From: Chara braunii
Lineage: Eukaryota > Plantae > Charophyceae
Assembly (NCBI GenBank): GCA_003427395.1
Contig: BFEA01000026.1
Span: forward strand, 1,339,939 to 1,403,938
Direction: 5' to 3'
DNA length: 64,000 bases
Shown here: positions 13,023 to 24,987 of the stretch, piece after piece
Layout: each line of letters begins with the position of its first letter
How positions within the stretch are numbered: position 1 is the stretch's first letter
Position numbers and translations under genes: made by a program
Notes under the pieces: model-generated
The model's database searches: none
What the model was told of the DNA's origin: nothing
The model's input: the letters and a program-made list of their open reading frames with translations, nothing else

Positions 13023-13905
13023 NNNNNNNNNNNNNNNNNNNNNNNNNNNNNNNNNNNNNNNNNNNNNNNNNNNNNNNNNNNNNNNNNNNNNNNNNNNNNN
13101 NNNNNNNNNNNNNNNNNNNNNNNNNNNNNNNNNNNNNNNNNNNNNNNNNNNNNNNNNNNNNNNNNNNNNNNNNNNNNNNNNNNNNNNNNNNNNNNNNNNN
13201 NNNNNNNNNNNNNNNNNNNNNNNNNNNNNNNNNNNNNNNNNNNNNNNNNNNNNNNNNNNNNNNNNNNNNNNNNNNNNNNNNNNNNNNNNNNNNNNNNNNN
13301 NNNNNNNNNNNNNNNNNNNNNNNNNNNNNNNNNNNNNNNNNNNNNNNNNNNNNNNNNNNNNNNNNNNNNNNNNNNNNNNNNNNNNNNNNNNNNNNNNNNN
13401 NNNNNNNNNNNNNNNNNNNNNNNNNNNNNNNNNNNNNNNNNNNNNNNNNNNNNNNNNNNNNNNNNNNNNNNNNNNNNNNNNNNNNNNNNNNNNNNNNNNN
13501 NNNNNNNNNNNNNNNNNNNNNNNNNNNNNNNNNNNNNNNNNNNNNNNNNNNNNNNNNNNNNNNNNNNNNNNNNNNNNNNNNNNNNNNNNNNNNNNNNNNN
13601 NNNNNNNNNNNNNNNNNNNNNNNNNNNNNNNNNNNNNNNNGGGGGAGGAGAAGAAGGTGTCCTTGATCCATCCTGATTTGGTCACAGGCAGACCGCAGCG
13701 GGTGTTTCCCCATTTGTCAAGTTCTTACGAGGATAGAGAACATCGTAAGGCGTTCAAGCAGCACTCCGGAGGTTGTGGGTTCAACTCCCATTGCCCCCAC
13801 GATCGTGCCTGTGGCATGCTTGGCGTCTTACCTTCGAGACGGTCAGTTGGTAAGCAAGTACATGGTACCTCAGTGGGCAGAGCTCCAATGTTGCAATAGG
13901 GAGGT

Positions 13906-14161
13906 TGTGACACCCAACCTCACGCCCAGCGCGACTTCCTGATCGGAGTGGAGTGTGGGTCTGGAAGTGCGAAAAGAGGTGTGCCAAGGATTTTTGGGGG
14001 AAGTGGGGTAGTCTTAGGGGTATGAATGCAATTAGGCGAACGAGGGGGGGGAGGAGCGCGCGCGCTCAAGGGTCTCACAGTCCGAAGGGGCCGGGACACT
14101 GTGGGCGACGGGTTACAGGAAAATTCCTCCGTGGTGGAGAGGGTCCTGAAAAGTTAGGCCG
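13906..14161 (-). repeat. 3' LTR, distal (U5) remnant
   Basis: Direct repeat of 22628-~22875. Confidence 0.9.
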
Positions 14162-14169
14162 TCGGGGGC

Positions 14170-15712
14170 CGCCACGTGGCGCAGGTACAGGAACGATAGT
14201 AAACCATGGTTGTGCCTCTTGTGCCGGACCGACAAAATTCCGACCGAGGCTCGCTTTTTGGATGCCACGTCAGAAGGATTGGAAAAGACCCGAAAGTTAT
14301 GAAGGGCCGAAGTGTGGACGAATATTGCCTTAATTGCCACCCTAGTAGGTAACCCCCTCCAGGATTTCACCAAGGAAGATCGAAGGAGGGCCAACGAAAG
14401 GGCTTGGGACTATCGATGGGTAGAAGGTAGATTAGAAAAACGAAAAACGGATGGCAATGAGATTTGGATGGTAGTGCCGCATCCGTTCATGCGGTATGAC
14501 TGGGTTAAGACAGCTCACGAGGAAACTACGGCTCATTTTGCTGTATGAATCACGGAGTCCGCTATCGACAAAAATGAGTGGTACTGGTCCAATATCCGCG
14601 ACGATGTGAAGTACATCGTAGCCACCTGTCAAGTCTGCGCCGCGGATAAAGCGCCGATTCAGCCGTCAAGGTCGATAGTGCCCACGGTTGTTGAACGGCC
14701 ATTTCAAAGAGTAAGCATGGACACTACCGACATAGTGGTGCCCCCTGGCCCTAATAGTTGCGAATATTCAGTCCTATTGGTATTTGTCGACCATTTCTCG
14801 AAATGGATCGAAGCGTAGCCTTGTCGCACGTGGCAAGCCACAGAAATCGCACGATATGTCAACCGTTTCCTCGGGATGCATCAGGATACGGAAGAAATCC
14901 TGACCGACAACGGGGCTGAATTTAGGGGAGAAGTGTTAAGGAATCTGGTCCTACATGGCGTCGCCATACGGAACACTGCACCCCACATGTCACAATCCAA
15001 TGGGCTGGTCGAAAACGCTAACCGGGTGATAAAGACAGCGTTGCGACGAAACATCGTGGCACGGGATCCGAGACCTTGGCCCGATATCGGTGATCACATC
15101 CTGGCGGTCCATCGCGGAACGCCCCACGAATCAACGGGGTTGAGCCCCTTCCAATTAAGGACCAATAGTGTCGCTTGCGTTTCGATACCAAACCTCCCGG
15201 ATGAGTCTACATTGAACCAACGACCCACCAGGGCCACGGCTCGGGACAAGGCCAAACGACACCTAGANTTAATGGAACGGTCGCTGCCCACGCTAGCCCG
15301 AAAGCGACAGAAAATGACCGAACTAGCCCAGGGACGACAGGTCCGGAGCTACGAGGCCCGAAATGGGAATGCGGGTCCGCAGCCCCAGTACAAATTGGGG
15401 GACGTAGTGTAGGTGAGGAAATGTGCTCGCCAGGGTAAGCTAGCACCACGATTCTTCGGGCGATACCGCGTGATTGAGCTCGGCCCCAACGGCGTGGACA
15501 CTGTGCGTCTCGCCCCTGAAGTCTCTGACAGCCGATCAGCGCGCCCTATCACCCGCCACATGTCCTATCTTCGCCTCCTCCCCTGTGCTCCGTCCCCTTC
15601 TCCCTCGATCTCTCATTCTGAGGAAGCCGAAGACGACAACTCTGACTCTCCGCCATCTCCCTTTTCATCTTGCTCCCTCCCTGTCTCCCCGTCACCTTCG
15701 CCATCGCCATGA
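14170..15712 (+). pseudogene. Gypsy integrase (in the inverted segment)
   Basis: HHCC (AHEETTAHF...CQVC), DDE core (VSMD / LTDNG / GLVENAN) and GPY/F-like PRFFGRYRV, with in-frame stops. Confidence 0.93.
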
Positions 15713-16188
15713 ACTTTCTGCAGGAGAAAGCCCTCAGCGAAGCATCNCTTGCGCCCCGTGATCGGTTGACGATCCGGCAAGTCCATCATCCCCGCCTCAG
15801 TCCAGATCTTCAGCGGCTTATGCACTTCTTCTGCACGGAAGGCGTGTATGCAGCGGCGGTGTTTAGAATTGAAGGCCGTCCTGACGTGGTGGTACTGGCC
15901 GAGGCGGTAGCAGTTCATCAGCGGGCGGTGCTAGGTGTCAGTTGCATATCGGTCGTCATCAACTTCAGTGGCGATCTCTCCACACTTCTTCCTTTGCGAC
16001 ATTCGGCGGTGAAGGCGTCGCTGCGCATGTGGGCGAACGATCTGGTCGCCGAGTGGACTCAGCTGCTGGCTCGCACCGAGGATACAATCGCGATGTCACG
16101 AGCAATCGAATACGACGGCCTTCGAATGTACCAGCGCGATCCGCCGACAGAGCTCCCTGTCCTCGTACCCTTTCCCCATCCCCGATGA
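15709..16188 (+). CDS. Gypsy accessory ORF A (159 aa, unknown function)
   Basis: The ATG overlaps the integrase-frame stop (ATGA 15709-15712). Open frame with globular composition. Confidence 0.6.
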   Translation: MNFLQEKALSEAXLAPRDRLTIRQVHHPRLSPDLQRLMHFFCTEGVYAAAVFRIEGRPDVVVLAEAVAVHQRAVLGVSCISVVINFSGDLSTLLPLRHSAVKASLRMWANDLVAEWTQLLARTEDTIAMSRAIEYDGLRMYQRDPPTELPVLVPFPHPR

Positions 16189-17201
16189 GTCTCTCTCCGA
16201 TCTCCGTTTTCGATCTCCCCTCCACCTTCCCCACCTTCTGGCAGTCCGATATCCATCCTCGCCTTTCCTACTGTCTAAAGCCCCTTGTTGTCCCCGATAT
16301 CCATCCTCCCCATTGGGTCCTGTGGCGCGAAGACTTCATCGAGCTTTCATTGTGCTTGGTTGAGGTACGGCTGACGTGGATCGAGGACGAAGCGCACCCG
16401 CTTTGCATAGAGCGCCTAGAGTTGCTGTTCCTCCAGGCCTGGCGAACCAACGTGGAGGGAGAGCTCCTCGCATTTCTATTCAGTACAGTGCGGCCCGGTC
16501 ATCAGAACCTCATCACGCAAGTGCTCACGATCCCGGTAGCGCAGCTGGCGGACGATCTCCCCCTCGACATCATCTCGCAAGACGACGAGCATCCAATTCC
16601 CCATGTACTTTCTCGCGCATTGACGCCCTATCTTCAGTGGTCGGCTTGTGTAGAGGGAGCCGCAGAGCGCATCCCGTCGTCGCAGCAACAATATCTGGAT
16701 CCCCGGACGGCTCGCGATCATGCCTTCTTCAGGCATCCTACGGCGGAGCAGCTTGCGGCCATTCGAGAAGAAGAGGAGGAGGAAGAAAGTACCGGGAGTG
16801 ACGAAGATGATGACGGATTGGAAGAAGGTGGGAACAGCGACGAAGAGCTCGGGAAAGAAGACGAAACCCCCGAAGAAGGAAGCTATAGCGAGCATAGCGA
16901 GGGGGAACAGAGCAAAGAAGAAGAAGAAAGCGAGGAAGGAGAAGAGGAGCACGACGAAGAGCCTGCTGGATCGGAGTGGGAAGCCGTGCCAGAAGAAGCG
17001 TTGCGTACGGGTACGGAGGCTGAGGATCCCGAGGCGGCCCGCAAAAGAGGAGAGATCGCGGCCGGGAAGGAGTTGGAATTCGCAAGCGCGGCGAGTCTGC
17101 GCACCCACGACGACCCAAGTCGGGATCCGGAGCCACCCCGGCCTGAAGATGGCGACCTCACAGCCACGACTCCGACCCCATCAGCGCGGCGACGGAGCTG
17201 A
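16185..17201 (+). CDS. Gypsy accessory ORF B (338 aa; globular N-terminus, Glu-rich C-terminus)
   Basis: The ATG overlaps the stop of ORF A (ATGA 16185-16188). Long open frame. Confidence 0.65.
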   Translation: MSLSPISVFDLPSTFPTFWQSDIHPRLSYCLKPLVVPDIHPPHWVLWREDFIELSLCLVEVRLTWIEDEAHPLCIERLELLFLQAWRTNVEGELLAFLFSTVRPGHQNLITQVLTIPVAQLADDLPLDIISQDDEHPIPHVLSRALTPYLQWSACVEGAAERIPSSQQQYLDPRTARDHAFFRHPTAEQLAAIREEEEEEESTGSDEDDDGLEEGGNSDEELGKEDETPEEGSYSEHSEGEQSKEEEESEEGEEEHDEEPAGSEWEAVPEEALRTGTEAEDPEAARKRGEIAAGKELEFASAASLRTHDDPSRDPEPPRPEDGDLTATTPTPSARRRS

Positions 17202-17289
17202 TCCCCCTCCTCCTCAACCCGTCCCCCAGTTCGCCAACGTACCGATACGGGCGATCGGTCTTCGTCCACGATCACTCTCTCGCCGTCCC

Positions 17290-17772
17290 CTTGACTACCT
17301 CACCCTCCGCCAGCTCACCACTCCCATTACGTTCCCCTCCAATCCGTTTCCCCACGACACCTTCCGCCACTTCTACGCTGCTCGCCTCGCTACAGTGGTG
17401 CATCCCCACCCCTCCATTCGATGCGTCGTCCCAGCCTTCTGCCTCCATGTCTTGCTCCTTAGTGCCGCGTGGCGAGGTCACAACATGATCGAGGTTTACT
17501 GTGTGATAACGGGGACCATCCCTGCATGCAAAGATCGCGATCGTTTCCGCGCGACACTTTTTCGGACTCTCACCACCCTCTCTCCTGATTATCTCGCATC
17601 CCTCCCTCGCACTGGCAATCGCTTCCCCCGCTTTCACCGCATCGTGCGCTACCAAGAGCTTCCGGAGACTGTAGCTGTAATGGAAAGCCTTCTGCCCCCG
17701 CTACCCATAAACCCTCCACCCCGCCATGCTGCTATGCACGGACTCCCTTTCCCCCTCCCGATTAATTACTGA
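17290..17772 (+). CDS. Possible accessory ORF C (start uncertain)
   Basis: Protein-like segment DYLTLRQL...FPLPINY. No clear ATG at the expected junction. Confidence 0.35.
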   Translation, partial: LDYLTLRQLTTPITFPSNPFPHDTFRHFYAARLATVVHPHPSIRCVVPAFCLHVLLLSAAWRGHNMIEVYCVITGTIPACKDRDRFRATLFRTLTTLSPDYLASLPRTGNRFPRFHRIVRYQELPETVAVMESLLPPLPINPPPRHAAMHGLPFPLPINY

Positions 17773-18017
17773 TGTAACCGGTAATGGACGCGTGTCGCGG
17801 CGACGGCACGAGAAAGATCCCGTCCTTGGGTCATCGAGAGCCCAATCTGAGGAATTAGTAGAAGAGCGGTGTTGCCACGTTGGATGACGTCCACACGCAA
17901 TCAAACGATAAGTGGCATAGAAGAAAGTGTTCCGCGTGTCGATCAAGTAGAGAAATCGACACGTGTCAACAAGCAAGCAAGAGCTTGCTAATATTGGAAC
18001 CCCCTGGGCGTCACATA

Positions 18018-18724
18018 TGTGACGAACCACTTTCTGTAACGCGCGATTTTCTGCGCGGTTGCAATGAGGGGTCCTAAGCTGGGAAGATTGGGCCAATTAC
18101 GGGAGATTGGGATCGGTGGAAAATTGCATCAGTATCCTCATTTTTTCGTCCTTTTTTGTCGTTTCTTTTCCGAATGACCAAGCACGGGGTCGGGTGTGTC
18201 TTGAGACGGCCGGTGGAGTGACTGGTCGGATGGATGTCTGGCGGGCCACCACGCGCGCGATCAATAAAGGTTGACGTCGTTTCTTTCGATTCGATTTCGA
18301 TTTTTTGGGCGCGGACTTCGCGCGGAAAATTGCTTCGTTCTTTTTGAAATTCTTTTTTAATCTTTTTTAAATTTTATCGAGCCCCCGGAATTTTGGACTT
18401 TCCTTCTGGAACTTATGCTTTTTGCTTTTTCGCATTAGATAGGAATTTAGGAATTCAGTAATTAGGATTTTTTCTATCGCGCGGCGCCTTTTGTCTACGC
18501 GCTTCTTCATGCGGCTGCAACGGTACTCTGATTAGTGGGCGCCCTTAATCGTGTGTGTAACTGTAATTTTGGGCGGGCGCCATTGTAACTGTATCTTTCT
18601 TCTTGCACTTCGTCTCTCCCGCCCTCCCTCTCTTTCTTTTGCTGAAATTTTGTAAGTCGCGGTTTGCATGCTCGGATCGATGCGTGGAGAGGGGTTACGT
18701 CCCCCACGCCGCAGCCGATCATGC
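18018..18724 (+). repeat. 3' LTR, proximal (U3) part, inverted
   Basis: Reverse complement of 24266-24987. Confidence 0.92.
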
Positions 18725-21700
18725 CTTCGGGGCGTCCGGTCGAATCAAATAGGGGCCGTTGCCAGAGCGTCCTTGAGGGTTGCAAAGGCCTGCTGGCATT
18801 CCGCGTCCCAGCTAAAAGGCTGGTCCTTCCGTAGCAAATTCGTTAGTGGTCGTGCAATCGCGGCAAAGCCCTTGATGAAGCGCCGGTAGTACGACGCCTG
18901 TCCCAAGAAGGCTCGAACCTGCATCAGTGACGTAGGAACCGGAGCTTCGTTCACCGCCGCAAGTTTTCTCGAAACTGGCCGCAATCCTCCACGTGTCACG
19001 ACATAGCCCAAGAACGAAATTTCCGAGAGGAAAAATTCGCTATTCTTAAGCGCAATCTTGAACCCAGCGTCTCTCAATGCACCCAATGTCCATTCGATGT
19101 GTTGCGCGTACCCGTGATAGGTTTCCGAATAGACCAGGATGTTGTCCATGTATACGATCACGCCGAAGTTGATCATTCTTTGCGTCAGCCGTGTCTTGCT
19201 GACGAAGTTCTGGAACGTCATGTTCATCGCTCGCTGAAACGTGGCAGGCGCATTGCAAATCCTCATCGGACACCGGAGCCACTGCCATGTGCCCTCAAAC
19301 AACACAAAGGCCGTTTTCGGCCGGTCTTCTTCCCTTACCAGAATATGATGGAAGCCATGCCGAATATCAAACTTGCTGAAATATTTAGCGCATCCAATCG
19401 CATCCAACAGATCATCAATCCGGGGGAGGGGATACACATCTTTGATTGTGATTTCATTCAGCTTGCGATAATCAATACAAATGCGAATCGCTCTGTTCTT
19501 CTTCGGTACTAACACTACGGGAAAGGACCAGGGTTCCAGTAGCGGGTTCAATCCAACCGCTGGCTTCGAACTCCCGAATTCGTTCGAGAGTCTTTTTGCG
19601 TTCAATCAAGGAATAGCGATAAGGTTTGCAATGAATCGGGGAGTGATTTCCTGTCTGAATTTCGTGTTGGATTACTAACGACAACCCAATGTCAGTGTCT
19701 GACACACTAATCGCTCCTTGATATTCCGTAAGAAATATCCGCAATTACCCGGTGGATTTCATCCGACACATATTGTGGAACGTGCAGTTCAAAGAGTTGG
19801 TCCCAGATCCGAACGTCAATCTGTTTCGTGTTCGCGTGTTTTGTCAAGTCGGGTGGAGGCGTCGAGATGAATGAATGATCCGATCGCCAGGAGAACACTG
19901 TGACCATCATCTGAGCATCTTCTTCTCAGATTGCCACGTGTCCTTTCGGGGTAATCCCGTCACAAACATCCTGCCATGGCACTTCCTTAGTTGCGATCTT
20001 TATCCCCAGTCCGTCGGTTTCCGTTTCAAAATGCCCCGGGGGTTCTAGAGAGCTTGCTTCCGTCCCTAAGCGTAATAATCACACTTCTTTAGCCGAGGTT
20101 AGTAAGGACTTGGGTAGATCCGTAATGTCACAGTAATGCTTCTTGTCGCTATACCGGGCGAGGAGAGGGGCGATTCCTTCGTACAAAGTTTGAGGGGGTT
20201 CCAAAGAATCAACCATCCTCGAAATCTGCACAAGGGAGCACCCAAGATCATCGCCTTGGTCCTTTGGATTTTTCGGCTGGTTAGTTGCATCGTTCTCGCT
20301 ATCGTTTTGGGTGGCGGGTAACAAACACGTTGTCGTGCTAATTTCAAGATCTTCGGATCATCCTCGTCACTGCTTTCCGCATCATCTGTTGATGACTCTC
20401 CTTCTGCGGATTTCTCCCAGGAGATCATGCGGAGAGTCCCTGCCATCATCGGCGAAACCCGCGGAACCGCGTTAATAGTAGTGCGAAGGGTCAATTGCAT
20501 AGGCACAACGTAGGGTTTTCCTCCTGTATTTTGGAGGACGATCGATCGTCGTTCGAAGTCCAGGTTTGCTCGTAACGCCACAAAGCGGGAAGTCCGAAGA
20601 GAACGTCGTACGTATTGACATCTAGTACTACGACATCCCCAAGCGCATGCACTTTACCCAATCGGAAAGCGACATTGGTCATTCTTCCCACGGTTTTAAT
20701 TCTTTCTTCGTCGGCCGAAATGAGTTGATCTTTCTCAGAAAGCGTGATCAAGTCGTTTTTCCTACCTGCCCTTTCGACCACTCTCAGTGAGATATCCAAT
20801 ACAGCCGCTCCTGAATCTATAATAGCATTGTAAGGAATTCCCCAAATTTCTATATCACACTCGGCGGATTTCCACGGAATTGGTTTAATCCGTAGGAAAT
20901 GATCATCTTTCTGGATTAAACCTACACGTATCGGATCCGAAGTACTTGCGGGGTTTTCTTCGGGCGCGGGGCTTTTGGCTTTTGCGTTCGGGGTTCGGCC
21001 AAGGGCGAATCGCTTTCTGTTCGCTTTGCAATGCTGTAACATTCGCTCGTTGGCTTGCTCGGAGATCGAGAGCAGATGACCAATCGGAAGGGGAATCCAA
21101 TGGTCCAAAGCTCGGATGATGTTTAATACATCGATCTCCCCTGTGACAAATGTGGGTCCTCCCGACTCCATTTCTCCTGGGGACAGTCGCCACTCCGCCA
21201 CCTCTTTTGGTTCTGGTGCTGGTCTAATTGTTCCGATCATTCCAAGCCCGGGATATCCCAGCGATACGTACTGATCTAGCGGGATTAGTTTGGCGGCCTC
21301 TTCCGAGGTAGCCAGGGCACTTCCCCCACCCTCTATTTCTTCCATCAGGGCTCCAACTCGTCCAGGTCCGTTGGCGATGGGGGCCGCAACCATAGGTGCG
21401 ACTCCGATCCGCTGTTGTGGGGGTCGGTGGGGGCAATCGTGGGCTAGATGTCCGGGCTGATGACAGGCGTAGCAGACATTCAGATTGTTCGCAGCTCCCC
21501 CTAGAGCAGGGGTCGGGGCTAATCCTTGCTGCATCGGAGGGGCACGCACCACAATGGGTCGCATGTTCCTCATCATGGCTTCCAGCCGAGCATTGTGCTC
21601 TCGCTGCTCCTTTTTGCTTTCTTGGATCAAACTAATCAAAGTTTTGGTTAGTTCGAAAATGGCCGCTGATTCGTTTGATCGTACCGGAACCTCAACCGGC

Positions 21701-22473
21701 GGCGGGGGTAATGCCCTGACAGGCGGGGGCATCATAGGAGCAGAGATGCTAGGAGTCTCACTTACGATTACTCGTTTGGGGCCTATCTGTTCCATATAGG
21801 TGACAGGTCCTGATAAAGACCCCATGTTTTCAAATTTGTTATGTAAAGCGGCCAGCTCTGCTCTTGCTCGAGAGAGCTCAGTCGAATCTCCGTCTCTAGG
21901 GTAATCTTCTCCTTCCAGGAAGTTCGCTGCGAACTTCCGTTCCATTTCTTCCGCAGCGGCCATAATTTGTTGTAGCGTATGGGTGATGGAGGGAAACTGC
22001 TTTCACAACTTAGCCCTTATTGTCCGGCTGCGAAGTCCGTCAATGAACAGATCTCTCCCTACTTGCTCACCTCGCTCAGTTTTTACGAACATTCTGTAGA
22101 ACCGATTTCGATATTCCGCGACGGATTCAAGCGGTTTTTGCACTCGGTCCTTGATCATGTACAACGCTTGCTCAGGGTGGACATAATCAAATTGGTTCAT
22201 AAAGTCCTGCTCGAAGGTCGGGAGATCCACCCATACATAGGTACTAAACCAACGATGAGCGTCTCTTCTCATTCGAGTCGGAATGTTGATCTGTGCTTCA
22301 TTGTCTGTGTACTGTTGGGCTCTAAGTGTGACCAGCCATGCTCCTGCGAGATGGTATGCGGGATCAAACAAATAGAGATCAGGTGGCGTCATGGGAGCTC
22401 GTGCACGTGGGGCAGGTTGATTTGGTGGGTTAGCAATTTGTTGCGGAACCGGGTTCTGCGCATTGGCAGCCAT
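18725..22473 (-). pseudogene. Gypsy gag-protease-RT polyprotein, truncated before RNase H
   Basis: Gag with an in-frame stop at 22003, zinc knuckle CYACHQPGHLAHDCP, protease AIIDSGA, and RT motifs CIDYRKLN, YPLPRIDDL, YMDN and FLGY. Confidence 0.95.
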
Positions 22474-22614
22474 ATTGGTTGCTCGCCGATTAGCCGATCT
22501 GCTTCGGGTGACGATAGGGTCGCGTCTATGCGCGTTCCGGGGGCGAGGTCGCCCACGGTTAGCCGGGTCGCCTAATTAACGTGCTATCAATCCTAAGACC
22601 CTAGCCACGTGTCG

Positions 22615-22627
22615 GGCTCCGATACCA
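22615..22627 (-). promoter_or_regulatory. Primer-binding site (tRNA-iMet)
   Basis: TGGTATCGGAGCC immediately after the 5' LTR. Confidence 0.9.
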
Positions 22628-24987
22628 ACCTCACGCCCAGCGCGACTTCCTGATCGGAGTGGAGTGTGGGTCTGGAAGTGCGAAAAGGGGTGTGCCAAGG
22701 ATTTTTGGGGGAAGTGGGGGAGTCTTAAGGGTATGAATGCAATTAGGCAAACGAGGGGGGGGGAAGGGACGCGCGCGCGCGCAAGGGTCCAACAGTCCGA
22801 AGGGGCCGGGACACTGTGGGCGACGGGTTACGGGAAAATTCCTCCGTGGTGGAGAGGGTCCTGAAAAGCAGGCCGCCGCGTACCTGGGTTGGGCCTTCGG
22901 AATTCCGGAGTTCTCTGTGCGCCCCTGCGTCGGCAGTTCACGCAAAATGTATTGAGCCAATACGGGGCTATGGCCGGCCACGGAACGACACTTAGTTGAT
23001 GATACGGGAGAAGGAGGCGGAACGGAGGGAAACTGGTGGTGATCTCAACGAATCCCGGGTGGGTGAAGTAGTAGGTGTGGTCGGGAGAAGGGAAATCGGA
23101 GCACTGAGGGTCACTAGAGGTGGCACAGTGGAATTCCCGCGGACATAGCCGATTCTCCGTGTGACGGGGGTATCGTGTCCTTATGCGCTCGTTTATTATA
23201 GGGGTGAAATAGTCCGGGTCATAGGACGAGTCTGAGCCCCAAGATCGCGTCATGGTATCATCGTCGATGGGATAGCGCAGGTCGGGATATCGTCACCACG
23301 CACGAGCACGTGTAGGACAGGCAGACTCAGTGGCGCCTCAGCGTGCTCGTACGGGATGATGGTTCCGCCGCGATTCCTTTTTGGGTGAGCGAATCGACGC
23401 ACGGGAATGCATGTAAGGGCGCGACTCGGATCGCATTTACACGTGTTCTCGCGCGGCGTTCGCGGGATCAGACTTCAGATCGTGGATTATGCAAGATGCA
23501 CTCATATCGCACCCCCCCCCCCATCGCGGGATAAGCAAAAACGAAAACAAAATCACTATCGGGGCCAGATTCTTATCCCATCTACAACGACATCAGGTGC
23601 AGGCGAAGATTCGACACAGACATAATGCAAGGACAGGGATTCTCAGCAAAAAGATAGACAAGCAGTCATAACATCCATACATCCATACATCCATACATCC
23701 ATACATTCGGCAATCATACACATAATGCAAGCAGGACGGACATCGCAAGGACAAATGTGAGCAAAAACCCAAGCCCAGATTTCAGAAAGCCGAAACGAAA
23801 ATAAGAACGGGCAAACCGCCCGGAGCCACAATCAAAATGTATGTACACAGATGAAAAGGGGGAAGAGACAAGAAAACAGCAAATTCGCGTCCATCGACCT
23901 CAACTCTCTCCTCTCTCTCTTTCTCTCCGATACGAACAGTCCATCGTCACGCACCAACCCCCGAAGTTGTCACCCCGCTTAGTCCTCCTGCACCCGTTGG
24001 ATTCGCCTGTGCCCACAGTCCGTCGTGGCCCACGTCAATCCCGTGCGTTCGGCACCAGCTCGTCGGGTCGCCCAACTCCTGCTCTACTCACCTCTTACTT
24101 CGCTCGTGTGCCGACCCTTCCTGATCGCGCAACCCCGACCTTCCAACAACAGGTTAAGAGAGTTGACTAATCGCGCAGCCGAAATTTATAGCATGCCTGC
24201 ATGCGCGAGGAACACGGAATTACTAGGACTTAGAGTGAGGATTAGAGAGGGAACGCCTGCGTTCTGCATGATCGGCTGCGGCGTGGGGGACGTAACCCTT
24301 CTCCACGCATCGATCCGAGCATGCAAACCGCGGCTTACAAAATTTCAGCAAAAGAAAGAGAGGGAGGGCGGGAGAGACGATGTGCAAGAAGAAAGATACA
24401 GTTACAATGGCGCCCGCCCAAAATTACAATTACACACACGATTAAGGGCGCCCACTAATCAGAGTACCGTTGCAGCCGCATGAAGAAGCGCGTAGACAAA
24501 AGGCGTCGCGCGGCAGAAAAAGTCCTAATTACTGAATTCCTAAATTCCTATCTAATGCGAAAAAGCAAAAAGCACAAATTCCAAAAAGAAAGTCCAAAAT
24601 TCCGAGAGCCATCGGGAGGGGGGCTCGACAAAATTCGAAAAAGACTCAAAGGAAAAATTCAAAAGAACGAAGCAATTTCCCGCGCGATGTCTGCGCCCAA
24701 AAGATCGAAACCGAAACGAAAGAAACGACGTCAACATTTATCAATCGCGCGTGTGGTGGCGCGCCAGACATCCATCCGACCAATCACTCAACCGGCCGTC
24801 CCAGGACACACCCGACCCCGTGCTTTGTCATTCGAAAAAGAAACGACGAAAAAGGACGAAAAAGCGAGGATACTGATGCAATTTTCCACCGATCCCGATC
24901 TCCCGTAATTGGCCCAATCTTCCCAGCTTAGGACCCCTCATTGCAACCGCGCAGAAAATCGCACGTTACAGAAAGTGGTTCGTCACA
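22628..24987 (-). repeat. 5' LTR (~2.36 kb)
   Basis: Lies between the terminus/TSD and the PBS, and both ends are repeated in the split 3' LTR. Confidence 0.85.

Larger units (their letters stand above)
13906..24987 (-). mobile_element. Ty3/Gypsy LTR retrotransposon (11.1 kb) with internal inversion
   Basis: TGTGAC...GTCACA termini, 4-bp TSD AGGT (13902-13905 / 24988-24991) and an iMet PBS. gag-PR-RT is on the minus strand and integrase on the plus strand. Confidence 0.92.

Noticed and set aside
4823-13713. Long ORFs containing X runs (also at 29334, 35754 and 56884)
   Set aside because: They span N gaps or microsatellites.
22615-22640. Exotic LTR end lacking CA before the PBS
   Set aside because: Explained by a short deletion between two GTTGG microhomologies. 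The other LTR end retains GGGTGTCACA.
13906-24987. DIRS/Ngaro-type split-repeat element
   Set aside because: It has a DDE integrase, protease, PBS and TSD, and no tyrosine recombinase.
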